A DNA stretch of 64,000 nt from Candidatus Cloacimonadales bacterium (GCA_963662275.1 OY759316.1:32001-96000); one strand, 5' to 3'; positions 29,089-39,920 are shown, counted from the stretch's first letter. Numbers and translations: made by a program. Notes: a model not told the origin generated them from the letters alone.

Positions 29089-30369
29089 ATGCAGAAAGCA
29101 CAGGCAACGATTTTAGGAGAACCCGTTAAGTCCCTGAAAAATATCAGGATGGGAGTTTCAGATCACGATTGGAATGACTGGCATTGGCAGTTGCGTAATA
29201 GAATCCAGGATTATGAAACATTGGTACAATACATAGACCTGACAGAGGAAGAAGAAAGAGTATTTGTAACTACAGGTTTTTCCTTCCGCATGGCAATAAC
29301 ACCTTATTATTTGTCTCTCATCAATAATGACGATGCCAATGATCCTATCCGTCTTCAAGCTATACCTCGCATCATGGAAAGCCATATCACAGTTTCAGAT
29401 ATGTGTGACCCGCTTCATGAAGAAGTTGATTCACCTGTACCTGGAATGACACATCGCTATCCTGATCGCGTATTGCTATTGGTCACAGATCAATGTTCCA
29501 TGTATTGCCGTCATTGTACACGTCGTCGCAAGGCTGGTGAACATGACGCTGCTATGCCACATGAAAATATCGATAAAGCAATAGAATATATTCGGAATAA
29601 CAAGGAAATCAGGGATGTCATTCTTAGTGGGGGTGATCCTCTCACATTAACAGACCAGGGTCTGGATGATATACTCTCCCGTATCCATGCCATTGAACAT
29701 GTAGATATCATTCGCATTGGAACAAGGATACCAGTTGTATTACCTCAAAGAATCACAGATGGGTTAATTACCATTTTAAAAAAATATCCGCCGATATGGT
29801 TGAATACTCATTTCAATCATCCTCGCGAGCTGACGGCTGAATCTCGTGCAGCTTTAGCCAAACTGGCAGACAATGGAATCGTACTCGGAAATCAATCCGT
29901 TTTATTACGTCATATCAATGATCATGTGGATGTAATGAAGAATTTGCTTCATCAGTTAGTAAAGAATCGCGTCCGTCCTTATTATATTTATCAATGTGAC
30001 CTTTCAGAAGGAATTGCTCATTTCCGTACTCCTATCTCAAAAGGTTTAGAGATTATGGAATCATTACGGGGTCACACATCTGGGTTATGTGTTCCAACTT
30101 TTGTCGTAGATGCCCCTGGTGGAGGCGGTAAGATACCTATTCAGTCGAATTATGTCGTTGCCCAGGCTCCAGGGCGTTGGATTCTGCGTAATTATGAAGG
30201 AATCATTACTACTTATACTGAATCTGGTTATACAGAACAAAATACAGCGGACTACCGTGATCTTGCTCCAGAAGAACGTCGTTCTTCTGAAGGAATCATG
30301 AAATTACTTCGTGGGCAGCAGGTTTGTATTGGACCACAGGAAACAAAACGTAATGGTCGAAAGCGTTAA
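29089..30369 (+). CDS. kamA: lysine 2,3-aminomutase
   Basis: THRYPDRVL, CSMYCRHCTRRR, SGGDPL, THFNHPRE, RPYYIYQCD, VVDAPGGGGKIP. Confidence 0.96.
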   Translation: MQKAQATILGEPVKSLKNIRMGVSDHDWNDWHWQLRNRIQDYETLVQYIDLTEEEERVFVTTGFSFRMAITPYYLSLINNDDANDPIRLQAIPRIMESHITVSDMCDPLHEEVDSPVPGMTHRYPDRVLLLVTDQCSMYCRHCTRRRKAGEHDAAMPHENIDKAIEYIRNNKEIRDVILSGGDPLTLTDQGLDDILSRIHAIEHVDIIRIGTRIPVVLPQRITDGLITILKKYPPIWLNTHFNHPRELTAESRAALAKLADNGIVLGNQSVLLRHINDHVDVMKNLLHQLVKNRVRPYYIYQCDLSEGIAHFRTPISKGLEIMESLRGHTSGLCVPTFVVDAPGGGGKIPIQSNYVVAQAPGRWILRNYEGIITTYTESGYTEQNTADYRDLAPEERRSSEGIMKLLRGQQVCIGPQETKRNGRKR

Positions 30370-30397
30370 TACTGAAATAATTTAATAAAATATAGTC

Positions 30398-30428
30398 ACC
30401 GACCTGCATTAGCAGGTCGGTATCTTTA
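30398..30428 (+). terminator. hairpin after kamA (terminator or stabiliser)
   Basis: ACCGACCTGC-atta-GCAGGTCGGT with a weak T tail. Confidence 0.6.
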
Positions 30429-30455
30429 TATATCACCATAATTAAAAGGGAAAAT

Positions 30456-31478
30456 TTGAAATCACAAGTTGATCAATTTCTCCAAGTAACACTAGGCACC
30501 AAGAAAATAAACTTATTGGTCGCTGTGATTGGGATTTGTAAGAACGCTGGTAAGACCACACTGCTAAACTGGCTATTACAAAAAGTGGAAAATACGCCAC
30601 TTGGTGTGATCACTACGGGTCGTGATGGAGAAGATGTGGATTTGGTAACAAATGAATCTAAACCCAAGATACATCTGCCGGCGAATGTGTTCTTTTCTAC
30701 TTTTGCAGAAGAAATAGAGAGGCATTCTCCTCATCTTGAAGTCATGGAAAAATTACTTTATCGGGCAGGTGGAAGAAATCTTTGGCTAGCAAGAACAACT
30801 CAAGCACTGCAAGTAGAAATCGTTGGACCTGCAACAGCAGAATCGCAAGTGGAATTAGCGAATCATATTCTTTCATTGGGTGCAAAACAAGTTTTTATTG
30901 ATGGTTCATTTGATCGAAAAGCAATTTCATTACAAGAACAGATCGATGCCTTGATTCTTGTGATCAGTCCGGCAATGGGTAAGGAAAAGGAAATTTTAAG
31001 TGAAATAAACAGATTGTATAGCTTATCAGAAATTAGGATGGCACATTCGAAATGGAAATCTCCCTACATTTGTTATCGAACAGAAAAGGGGAAATGGAAG
31101 CAAACAGAGTATAAATCATTATTAAGCCAGGAAAAGGAAATTTTGCAATCGTTATCTGATATCGAAGGGCTACATACCCTTTATATTCCCTGTACAATAT
31201 CAGATAGAGGTTTTCCTATACTGAAGTCTTTTCTCCAGCATTTTGATGGTGTGTTGATGATAAGACATCCCAATCTGTTACATATTTCACATGCAAATCT
31301 AGACTGGATACTTGAAAATACTAATATACAAACAATTCATCCTTTTCGCTTAAAAGCAATCGCCGTTAATTCATATGCCTTCAATAATCATCATGTTCAT
31401 AGTGACAAATTACGTTCTACTATTCGTAATTGCGTCAAGAAACTTCCAATCATCGATGTAAAGGAAATCATTGAATGA
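30456..31478 (+). CDS. KamB-like P-loop protein (lysine 5,6-aminomutase reactivase subunit-like)
   Basis: IGICKNAGKTTLLN, TTGRDGE, IDGSFDRK; position directly after kamA. Confidence 0.65.
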   Translation: MKSQVDQFLQVTLGTKKINLLVAVIGICKNAGKTTLLNWLLQKVENTPLGVITTGRDGEDVDLVTNESKPKIHLPANVFFSTFAEEIERHSPHLEVMEKLLYRAGGRNLWLARTTQALQVEIVGPATAESQVELANHILSLGAKQVFIDGSFDRKAISLQEQIDALILVISPAMGKEKEILSEINRLYSLSEIRMAHSKWKSPYICYRTEKGKWKQTEYKSLLSQEKEILQSLSDIEGLHTLYIPCTISDRGFPILKSFLQHFDGVLMIRHPNLLHISHANLDWILENTNIQTIHPFRLKAIAVNSYAFNNHHVHSDKLRSTIRNCVKKLPIIDVKEIIE

Positions 31479-32410
31479 ATAACGAATATAGTCAAAAAGA
31501 GAAAGATATCCAGCTTCTACGTGACGGGAAGAACAATGTTACGATAAACTTGGGTTTGTATACGAATGTAGTGCTTGCGCTGGTAAAAACTATCGTTGGT
31601 ATTTTTGGTCATAGTACGGCTTTGCTGGCTGATGGTATCAATTCTGTATCGGACGTTACGTATTACATAGCTGTTAAGATATTTATGGTACAGGCAAAGA
31701 AACCTGCTGATAAGGAACATCCTTATGGGCATTTGCAATTAGAAAGTATTTCCGCATTGGTTGTTGGTGCCTTTATCCTGACTACGGGAATTGCAATATT
31801 CTGGCAGTCTATCAATTCAGTGTTTGATATTTTGAGCGGTAAAAGCGTTGATACTATGGTATCGTGGGGTGCTTTCATTATTGCTATTTTAACAGTATTT
31901 ACTAAGCTGTATCTCTATTTTTATACAAATAAAAGATATAAAGAAACTTCCAATCCTGCTTTAAGGGCATTAGCTCAAGATCATCTCAATGACATTTTCG
32001 CCTCAGTTGGTGTAACTGTCGGTATTAGTATGGCAAAACTAGGCTATGCCTGGGTCGATCCATTTGCAGGTGCACTTGTGGCTATCTTCATTTTAAAGAC
32101 AGGTATAGGAATTATCAGTGATTCATCTCGTGATCTGATGGATGCTTTGCCTGATGATGAATTTCGAAACATTATTATTACTACAGCCAGACAAGTGGAA
32201 GGTGTAAAAGAGGTTGATGATATAGGTATTCATCGTTATGGTCCTAAGTTCACCTTGAATCTGAATATCCAGGTGAGTGGAATTATCTCCGTTGAACAAG
32301 GTGATGTGATAGCAGACCAAGTTGAGAAAAAGCTCATTTTACAGTTTGGAGGGTCACTCTCCAGGGTGCACATTCATTATCATCCGTATACTGCAAAAGG
32401 TGACAAGTAA
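31475..32410 (+). CDS. cation diffusion facilitator transporter (FieF-like)
   Basis: STALLADGINSVSD, ADKEHPYGH, DHLND, HIHYHP. Confidence 0.92.
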   Translation: MNNEYSQKEKDIQLLRDGKNNVTINLGLYTNVVLALVKTIVGIFGHSTALLADGINSVSDVTYYIAVKIFMVQAKKPADKEHPYGHLQLESISALVVGAFILTTGIAIFWQSINSVFDILSGKSVDTMVSWGAFIIAILTVFTKLYLYFYTNKRYKETSNPALRALAQDHLNDIFASVGVTVGISMAKLGYAWVDPFAGALVAIFILKTGIGIISDSSRDLMDALPDDEFRNIIITTARQVEGVKEVDDIGIHRYGPKFTLNLNIQVSGIISVEQGDVIADQVEKKLILQFGGSLSRVHIHYHPYTAKGDK

Positions 32411-32646
32411 CTGGTAACAGCTAACAGGGTTCAGAGCAGAGAAGATCTCTCTCTCGTTTGTAAGGAGAGGGATTAAGGGGGGATGGATCACGAAGTGATG
32501 GGGGGTTGCTCCATTTCTCCCTTTTGTAAAGGGAGATGTCATGCAGTGACAGAGAGTTAGTTCTGCTCTGCGACTGCATTCCTCCCTCAGATGAAGGGAG
32601 GTGGCAAGGTTGCTGAGAGTAGTCGAAGTATTAGTGTCGGAGAGTT
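32408..32646. repeat. mosaic intergenic repeats (CAGCTAACAGGGTTCAGA, AGAGCAGAGAAGA linker, three CTCCC/CTCTC..GGGAG hairpins)
   Basis: Direct reading; matches copies at 36.8, 41 and 57.5 kb. Confidence 0.75.
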
Positions 32647-32707
32647 ATTTTAAAAAATATTCGCTTCTTATAATTCACAGTTTGTTCGTACTACCTTCAC
32701 TTGTTGC

Positions 32708-32736
32708 AAAAAAAAGCTGCTCATTAGAACAGCTTT
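32708..32736 (-). terminator. intrinsic terminator downstream of the HNH gene
   Basis: Minus strand AAAGCTGTTC-taat-GAGCAGCTTTTTTTT. Confidence 0.75.
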
Positions 32737-32765
32737 CTCTACGAGGTATTGTCTTTATGTTTTAA

Positions 32766-33053
32766 CTAACATGACCAGGGATATGTATCACCCTTTCTCA
32801 CATTATTATTCCAGTTTAATGGTTGCAGATTACTCATATCATCTGTACCACCTTTCGCAAGGGGTTTGATATGATCAATTTCCCAACCATACTTATTATT
32901 TCTATCTCCGTATTTGTCTTTTTGCATCCAGCTTCCACATTTATCTTTTCTATAGATGTTAGCATTTTGACTAGGATCAATTATTCCTTTAACCCAAACG
33001 GAATCAATCTCCGATTGAGTAAAAGAAGTGTTATTCGCTTTTTTATTTGGCAT
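32766..33053 (-). CDS. small stand-alone HNH endonuclease
   Basis: GWEIDHIKPLAKGGTDDMSNLQPLNWNNNVRKGD; GGAGG RBS. Confidence 0.9.
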   Translation of the reverse strand: MPNKKANNTSFTQSEIDSVWVKGIIDPSQNANIYRKDKCGSWMQKDKYGDRNNKYGWEIDHIKPLAKGGTDDMSNLQPLNWNNNVRKGDTYPWSC

Positions 33054-33118
33054 TATGACCTCCTTTTTTTACCCCGTAGAACTATATTCAAATTAATTAA
33101 GTGCCTCTGTTATTTTCC

Positions 33119-35650
33119 TTACTTTATTTCAAGTACTTTCGTACTCTCTTCACCAAATTGCGAAACAACCCTTACTGCTATCTTCTGTTGCTTGCCTGGT
33201 GTGAGAATAATTTGATGTGATATATGCCCATATACTCTATCGAATGCATCATCATCAATATCTATTTTAAGAGTCTGATTCACTTTCTTACGTGCACTAT
33301 CTTTTGCAAGGTTAGTCAGACCACGTTTCCATTTATCAAATTCAACTTTATCTCCACCACAGAAGAAGATCTGACGTACCATGAAGTTAGAACCATCATA
33401 ATCATCATCGATCATCCAGTAGGCAATATCATGCACATCACGGGGTTTCACAGTATCTGTGATCGGATCATAGATATCCAGCCCAACGATTTCAACCGTG
33501 AATTCCTTTTCTGTTTTGTGAATGGCGATTTCAGGTTCACCGATTGTAACAAAGGAAGCTGCTTTGGGATCACGTTTCAATAAGCCATCCTGCATAAGGT
33601 CATCATGCATTCTCACTTTGGTGACCATGAAGGAACCCATTTGCATATTCACTTCCTTGTTTTCTAAATCTGTATCAAAAGAAAAGCCTAATATTACCAG
33701 CCAATCTGCATCTCCTCTAGCACGACATTCCTTGATCGCTTCATTGACACCCTGCTTACTAACAGTACCGAACTTCGGACCAATATGCAGATAAGCTTTT
33801 CTTTCCCCGGCACCACTCATATAATACCCTTCTGCATGAAGCCAGGTGCTGTTCAGTCTATCTATCCTGATGAACTTTGCCTGTTCATTCTTTATGCCGT
33901 TTTTAATACCTGCTTCTTTCAAGTGGGCAAATACTCTTTCTTCGAATACTTCATCACTCATCGATTTGGCAGAAAACTCCTCTGGAGCTATTACATCCAA
34001 GCTTTGTAACGTTTCCACAGTGAAGGGACCGCTTACCCTAAATTTCTTTTTATCTTCTGCTGGTTGGTCATACAGGATTTCTTCTTCTGGTTCTTCATTG
34101 TTCGCCAACGACTTCAACGTAATATGCGGCACTGTTTTATATTGAAATCCCTGCCGAATATCTTGTCCATTTTCATCATACAGCTTGTAGTAGGGAAATG
34201 AAGCAGTTGTTAGGCGAGTTTTCGCAATATTCAAGGCAATACGGCTTGTATCAATGGTAATCCAACGTCGTCCCCATTGTTCTGCCACAAATGCTGTGGT
34301 ACCACTGCCACAGGTTGGATCTAAAACAAGATCACCAGGATCAGTGGTCATTAATATACAACGCTTAATAATCTCTTTGGATGTCTGAACAACATATATC
34401 TTTTCACGGCTACCGATAACTGTATCAGTCCAGATATTCTTTAAGGGATTGACTTTGAAATCGTCTCTGAATCTTAAATACCTAATTGATTTATCTGTTA
34501 CAATAAGACGGTCAAGTTCAAATAATCTCTGGATTCCTTTAAGAGTCGTTTTCCAATGTTGCTCTCCTCCAGGATAATACTTTTTATTATTTAACACCAC
34601 ACAATCATCCGAGTTGCTTTTACCTTGAGACATCAGAGATTGAGATGTAGCTATTTTAGCATCTATTGGAATTTTCGTTACATCAGCCTTTTCTTCAACT
34701 GTGAAAGAACGAGTTTTTCCTTTTTGATAAATTAAGTTGTAATGTCCTAAATCCTCTTCTTTCATTTCATACAATTGATGATATTTGATATTCGTTGAAT
34801 TACGAGCATACCATAAAATATAATCACCTGCTCTGGAAAGTGTCAGAGAAGGAATGCCTGAGGTTGATGTAAAACTTATGAGACTAATAAAGTTCTCGCT
34901 TCCAAACACTTCATCCATCAGGCAACGAACAAGATGCACATTTTCATCGCTGATCTGGACAAAGCAGGAACCTGACTCTGTGAGTAATGATCTGGCAATT
35001 AATAAACGATCTCTTAGGTAACTTAAATAGCTATGAATCCCTAACTCCCACGTATCACGATAGGCTTTGATCTGTTCCGGTTGACCGGTCAGGTCTTCAT
35101 CATTACCATCCCTGACATTCCGGTTATTCAGTTTCATCTGCCAATTACTGCCATACTTGATACCATAAGGCGGATCAATATAGATCATCTGCACTTTTCC
35201 AGCCATGCCTTCTCTTTCCAGGAGACTATTCATGACTAACAGTGAATCACCCAGGATCATCCGATTTGACCAATTATCCATATGCCTATAGAATTTGGCA
35301 GGTAAATCTATTTCATCTGTCTGCAGACTCTTGCCAAACATTTCAAACAAATCAGTCTGTTCCGGATTCTCATACCGATAGAGCTTTTCTATCAGCAATT
35401 GAGGAGCGATATGTTCGGAACGATACAGAGAACGAATATCCACATTCAAGTATTGCTGGAGATTACTTTCGCCATACTTATGCAGCCAGAACAACTCCGG
35501 ATCCTGACCTCTTGTTACAACAGGATTTAGTGGTATGGCACTGCTATTTGCATCCTGGACATCGGAATCCTGCAATTCATAACCAGCTTCTTCCTTGGAT
35601 GGTATCAATGGACGTTTGGCATGATTGTGCTTGATGGTATCAATAGACAT
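33119..35650 (-). CDS. mod: N6-adenine DNA methyltransferase, Type III Mod-like
   Basis: [11 protein letters not shown] (motif IV) before a variable TRD and [11 protein letters not shown] (motif I), i.e. beta-class order. Confidence 0.9.
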   Translation of the reverse strand: MSIDTIKHNHAKRPLIPSKEEAGYELQDSDVQDANSSAIPLNPVVTRGQDPELFWLHKYGESNLQQYLNVDIRSLYRSEHIAPQLLIEKLYRYENPEQTDLFEMFGKSLQTDEIDLPAKFYRHMDNWSNRMILGDSLLVMNSLLEREGMAGKVQMIYIDPPYGIKYGSNWQMKLNNRNVRDGNDEDLTGQPEQIKAYRDTWELGIHSYLSYLRDRLLIARSLLTESGSCFVQISDENVHLVRCLMDEVFGSENFISLISFTSTSGIPSLTLSRAGDYILWYARNSTNIKYHQLYEMKEEDLGHYNLIYQKGKTRSFTVEEKADVTKIPIDAKIATSQSLMSQGKSNSDDCVVLNNKKYYPGGEQHWKTTLKGIQRLFELDRLIVTDKSIRYLRFRDDFKVNPLKNIWTDTVIGSREKIYVVQTSKEIIKRCILMTTDPGDLVLDPTCGSGTTAFVAEQWGRRWITIDTSRIALNIAKTRLTTASFPYYKLYDENGQDIRQGFQYKTVPHITLKSLANNEEPEEEILYDQPAEDKKKFRVSGPFTVETLQSLDVIAPEEFSAKSMSDEVFEERVFAHLKEAGIKNGIKNEQAKFIRIDRLNSTWLHAEGYYMSGAGERKAYLHIGPKFGTVSKQGVNEAIKECRARGDADWLVILGFSFDTDLENKEVNMQMGSFMVTKVRMHDDLMQDGLLKRDPKAASFVTIGEPEIAIHKTEKEFTVEIVGLDIYDPITDTVKPRDVHDIAYWMIDDDYDGSNFMVRQIFFCGGDKVEFDKWKRGLTNLAKDSARKKVNQTLKIDIDDDAFDRVYGHISHQIILTPGKQQKIAVRVVSQFGEESTKVLEIK

Positions 35651-35665
35651 ATATACCTCTATTTC

Positions 35666-36190
35666 TTAATGGCTTATGGATAAAGGAGATAATCTTGTTT
35701 TAAGTGGCTCATGTTGTTTCTTATCTTCTAAATACTGATCATCAATTATCTTAGAAATTACTTGTTCAAATGATAAATCCTTTTCCGATGCTTCTTTAGC
35801 TACAAATTCCTGCTGTCCTTCAGTTAATGTAATTACAACTTGATTCTCCTGCAGGAAATCAAATTTCATATTTAAAGCATTTGTCAATTTGAGCATGAAC
35901 TCAAGTGTTGGTTTTCTTCCGAAATGTTCAAAACGGGAGATGACAGATTGAGTAGTTCCCATGGTTTTGGCTAAGTCTTCCTGTGATATATTCAGTTCTC
36001 TTCTTCTCATTACCATTTTGATCACAAAATCACGTTGGAAGAAATATGCTTTCATGTCATCAGTATCATCAGGAGAAGCATGTACAGTCTCCCATTCAGG
36101 AAGTTCCACTCCTTCTCTCTCAAGTTGTAATGCATGATCTCTTAATTTGATCAATTCAGCCAATTTCTTTTCAGAGATTTGGTATTTCAT
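35666..36190 (-). CDS. XRE/HigA-like antitoxin with an extra C-terminal RHH-like segment
   Basis: RRRELNISQEDLAKTMGTTQSVISRFE; start overlaps the toxin stop (ATGA). Confidence 0.8.
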   Translation of the reverse strand: MKYQISEKKLAELIKLRDHALQLEREGVELPEWETVHASPDDTDDMKAYFFQRDFVIKMVMRRRELNISQEDLAKTMGTTQSVISRFEHFGRKPTLEFMLKLTNALNMKFDFLQENQVVITLTEGQQEFVAKEASEKDLSFEQVISKIIDDQYLEDKKQHEPLKTRLSPLSISH

Positions 36191-36561
36191 GACATCCCTC
36201 TTTGTCTCTTTTTTGCGTTTTCCAATTTTTTTGATTTTGTTTCATTTTTATATTCAACTTCGATAATGATGATGTGAGAGCTATCCTCTGCAAATGAGAA
36301 ATAAATCCTGATAACTCCTCTTTTTGACTGCGGTGGAATTCGTATTTCATATAAATTAACTGTGATCGTTCTAAACATCTTCGTATTTGTGTGTATCTTC
36401 TCAACAAGATCTTTCATATCATGCGCTTTAATATCTTCCAAGCATTGATCAGCCATTTCCCAAAGATCACGATGTTTGTTTTTAATTTTAACATTCAACT
36501 CTTTATAAGCAGTTGTATTTTTTTCTAATTTATCAACTGGATCGTACTTAATTACAACCAT
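36187..36561 (-). CDS. RelE/HigB-like toxin
   Basis: Basic 124-aa protein, NLYEIRIP..GVIRIYF; lies upstream of an HTH gene (higBA order). Confidence 0.72.
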   Translation of the reverse strand: MVVIKYDPVDKLEKNTTAYKELNVKIKNKHRDLWEMADQCLEDIKAHDMKDLVEKIHTNTKMFRTITVNLYEIRIPPQSKRGVIRIYFSFAEDSSHIIIIEVEYKNETKSKKLENAKKRQRGMS

Positions 36562-36576
36562 AATTAATCTACTCCT

Positions 36577-36604
36577 AATATATAGCCACTTGGCTATATG
36601 TCAA
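36577..36604 (-). promoter_or_regulatory. TA promoter with overlapping palindromic operator
   Basis: Minus strand TTGACA-16 nt-TATATT; palindrome ATATAGCCA-ct-TGGCTATAT (36580-36599) fills the spacer. Confidence 0.75.
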
Positions 36605-36662
36605 CAAAAATATTTATTCCTATAGCTTTTTCAATACCACACTTTAACTACCAATGAATGGG

Positions 36663-36892
36663 GTGGAGAATTCCGATTCTCCACATGCCAAATCGGAGCT
36701 TGGCATCTCAACTTTCATGTAACGTCCACAGTAGCAGAATCAAACTCTCCCTTAATCCCTCCCTTTATCCAAAGGGAGGGAAATCAGACAGGATGCGTGT
36801 TACCAATTCCTCTATTTGGATAAAGAGAGGTTCAAATACCACTCATTCCTCTCTTTGGATAAAGAGAGGTGGCACTTTAGTGTCGGAGAGTT
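36663..36892. repeat. mosaic repeats between res and the TA module
   Basis: GTGGAGAATTCCGATTCTCCAC; CCTCT(A/C)TTTGGATAAAGAGAGG x2 plus inverted CCTCCCTTTATCCAAAGGGAGG. Confidence 0.75.
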
Positions 36893-36938
36893 TGAAAAGC
36901 TGATTGTGAACTTAGTATTGCTTCTAAACCCGACACTC

Positions 36939-39920
36939 TCAGCTTTCTATAAACTCCAGAAACTTATTCTTAAAAAATCTTATATCTTCTGCAATTTCAA
37001 GAAAAGCCCATTCATGATTAATCTCAGGATAGTCAGACCTAATAGAATTGACAGAAGGCAACCAACGGTTTTGCACATACAAGGTTTTGATATCCTTATC
37101 TTCTTTATTCCTTCCTGTGATTTCAAGCACCAAATTGATAATGGTTCCATCAGGCTTTCTAACTTTGGCTATAAAGTCAGGATAATAGGGTTTATCTTCT
37201 TTATCATCTTTTACGTAAGGGATGGTAAATCCCAGGAAGCTGTTTTTAACATAGGAGATCACTTCCGGCATTTCTTCCATTGATTTTGCTGCGATCTGTT
37301 CCCAGGTTTGAGTATCTGCCACCACATAATTCACATGGCTTTTTTTCGTGGGATACACTTCCCTTGCTGTTGTCCCAACTACATGCTTCGTTGAACCAAG
37401 AGGATTATAGTGATTTAATATAGGTATAATTCTTAACTGGTCTCTCTGCGTTGCTTCAATACCCTGTATGATATGATTACATATCGTATGAGAATCATAA
37501 TAGAAAAGCATATTCAAAAAGGCACCACCAACACAAACGGTTTTTGTTTCCAGCCATTCTTCAACAATGCTTTTGAGAATAGGGAAATATTGAAAATTTC
37601 GATTCATCTTATAATCCGGATATTTCTGAGAAATCAGACTCTTGGTGATATAATAAACAAGCTCCTGTTTTCGTTTTTGTTCAATCTGCTTAGGAGTTAG
37701 TAATCTTATTTCATCTGAAAAAGGAGTTCCCAAGGTAGTTTCAACAGGATACTTCGTTCCATCAATTTCAAACATGCCCACATTCGAAAAATCAGCTTCG
37801 ATAAGATCGCTTTCATTTTCAATACGATAGCTTAGGACATTCGGGAAATAGATCATATGCTTTTCTTCACGCTCTGGGAGTGCTTTGATTTGGGTAACAA
37901 TAGAATCATCTGGTGTAGAAACTGTCTTTCCACCTTTGAAGAATTGGAAAGGCACACCGATCACATGCGCATATTCAGGCAGGAACTTACCTTTGTTCTT
38001 TCCCTTTTCAGAAACGACATAATTAGTACGACGTAACGCTCTGCCAACAACTTGTTCACATAAAAGCTGGGAACCAAAAGCCCGAATTCCCATGATATGC
38101 GTGACTGTGTTTGCATCCCAACCTTCTGTTAACATCGAAACAGATACTACACAACGAATATGAGAGCCTAAGCTCAACGGTTTACCTACCGTGTTGACCA
38201 CTTCACGCAGGATATCTCCATCCGTCAGATTTTCTACCGAACGATCGGGATGGAAAGTCCGATAATCAGCTTTGAAACGATCTATCTCCGGTTCAAATAT
38301 TCTTTTAAATTCATCAGTGATTTGATTTGATTCTTCTAACGATTCAGAATCAATCAATAACGTAGGTGGCTTTGACAAAGTTCGTTTTAATTGTTCGTCA
38401 TAATTGCTGAATAAGTCAAACTTACCTGGAATGACTGTTCCGTCATCACGTTCATAACCTGCAAGATAACGAAACACTTCAGACGAAAGGCTAGTATTAT
38501 TACATACCACAATAAAGACAGGTGGATTATCGGTGAACATATCCGTTCCCTTAAATCTATTATATTCCTTTTGATAATGAGAATAGAACTGATCGAGAGC
38601 GTTTTTCAATAATGTAGGAAGTTGCGGATCTACCTTTACATTCTGCTTCTGCTTGCCTTTCTTTGGTAGTTCATCTTTGATGTGTTCATATAAATTCTTC
38701 AGTACAGGTTCAGATATGTTTTGGGTAGTGTCGCTTTCAGGCATAAAAGGAATCTTCACCAAACCTGACTCCATGGCTTCGACCAATCCAAAATCACTAA
38801 CTACCCAGGGAAACAAGCTATAAGCTTCATATCCTGAACCACTGATGTAATAAGGAGTAGCACTGAGATCATAAACAGCACGAAGATTATATTTTTCTGA
38901 TAACCTGACTATGCCATTGAACCAAACAGCAGCATGTGCATTTTCATCATCTTCATTTTTCTTATTTGATTTGGGATAATAACAGTGATGTCCTTCATCG
39001 TTCAGTACAAGCAGTCTTCTGCCTTTTTTAAACTTGCCGAATTCCCTTTTAATGAGAAGATCAAAATCTTCAATACCTTCAGATTTCTTCCCATCTGCAT
39101 CTTTCTTGCCATCAAAACAACTTACTTTGTTGCCTTTTAATGAGCGACATTCAAGAGAATGGCGATTAGTTACGATAATATGATTATTCAATTCATATAG
39201 AATATCCCGATAATTATGAGGAACGAGATCTAAAACGCGATAATAATCTTTGGCGTTTCCCTTCGTTGTATCAACATACAAGACGCCCAATCGATCTTTA
39301 ATAGTAATACCGGGTGTCAGTACCAGGAAGTAATCAACAAACCTGGTATCATTTGTATATTCTTTTCGATTGAAGAAATGATACAATATCTGCATTGCCA
39401 TCACAACAGTCTTACCACCACCAGTCGCTATCTTGAAGGCGAACCTTGGTAAATTCATTTTAGGTTCGAGTTCACTAATATAATTCCCATGTCTAATCTG
39501 ATCAAGAATGAAGGAACCAATACTTGATTTTTCAGCAATTTCATTCAGCCAGATCGTTGTTTCAATCGCTTCTCGCTGGGCAAAAAATAGCTTCCTATGC
39601 CGCATTAGATTTGAAAACCAATAAGTAAGCAGTTCTTTCGTAATGCGTGTACTACCGGGATAATTATCTTTTCGCCATTGTCCCACTTCTCTACGCAAAA
39701 TATTGATGATATGCTCTTGTTTGGATTCAGTAAGTTCATTGAAGAGTTCTAACTGCTGCTTTCTACCTGATTTGACGGGATTAGGTTGCGTAGATGCTGA
39801 GAATGGTCTTCTGCCATTTATGATTTGCGTATAATCTAAAACGCCATCTGATTCAGTATAATAGTGTTTTGTCGGTTCATCATAAGGATTATTCAATATT
39901 GGATTAAATTCATCAGACAT
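36939..39920 (-). CDS. res: Type III restriction Res-like SF2 helicase-nuclease
   Basis: KIATGGGKT, LNDEGHHCY, DLSATP, MLTEGWDA, EQVVGRALRR; C-terminal YYPDF..VLEITG nuclease motif. Confidence 0.88.
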   Translation of the reverse strand: MSDEFNPILNNPYDEPTKHYYTESDGVLDYTQIINGRRPFSASTQPNPVKSGRKQQLELFNELTESKQEHIINILRREVGQWRKDNYPGSTRITKELLTYWFSNLMRHRKLFFAQREAIETTIWLNEIAEKSSIGSFILDQIRHGNYISELEPKMNLPRFAFKIATGGGKTVVMAMQILYHFFNRKEYTNDTRFVDYFLVLTPGITIKDRLGVLYVDTTKGNAKDYYRVLDLVPHNYRDILYELNNHIIVTNRHSLECRSLKGNKVSCFDGKKDADGKKSEGIEDFDLLIKREFGKFKKGRRLLVLNDEGHHCYYPKSNKKNEDDENAHAAVWFNGIVRLSEKYNLRAVYDLSATPYYISGSGYEAYSLFPWVVSDFGLVEAMESGLVKIPFMPESDTTQNISEPVLKNLYEHIKDELPKKGKQKQNVKVDPQLPTLLKNALDQFYSHYQKEYNRFKGTDMFTDNPPVFIVVCNNTSLSSEVFRYLAGYERDDGTVIPGKFDLFSNYDEQLKRTLSKPPTLLIDSESLEESNQITDEFKRIFEPEIDRFKADYRTFHPDRSVENLTDGDILREVVNTVGKPLSLGSHIRCVVSVSMLTEGWDANTVTHIMGIRAFGSQLLCEQVVGRALRRTNYVVSEKGKNKGKFLPEYAHVIGVPFQFFKGGKTVSTPDDSIVTQIKALPEREEKHMIYFPNVLSYRIENESDLIEADFSNVGMFEIDGTKYPVETTLGTPFSDEIRLLTPKQIEQKRKQELVYYITKSLISQKYPDYKMNRNFQYFPILKSIVEEWLETKTVCVGGAFLNMLFYYDSHTICNHIIQGIEATQRDQLRIIPILNHYNPLGSTKHVVGTTAREVYPTKKSHVNYVVADTQTWEQIAAKSMEEMPEVISYVKNSFLGFTIPYVKDDKEDKPYYPDFIAKVRKPDGTIINLVLEITGRNKEDKDIKTLYVQNRWLPSVNSIRSDYPEINHEWAFLEIAEDIRFFKNKFLEFIES

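Noticed and set aside
33119..35650. Phase-variable simple sequence repeat in mod
   Set aside because: No long homopolymer or short tandem tract seen in the gene or just upstream
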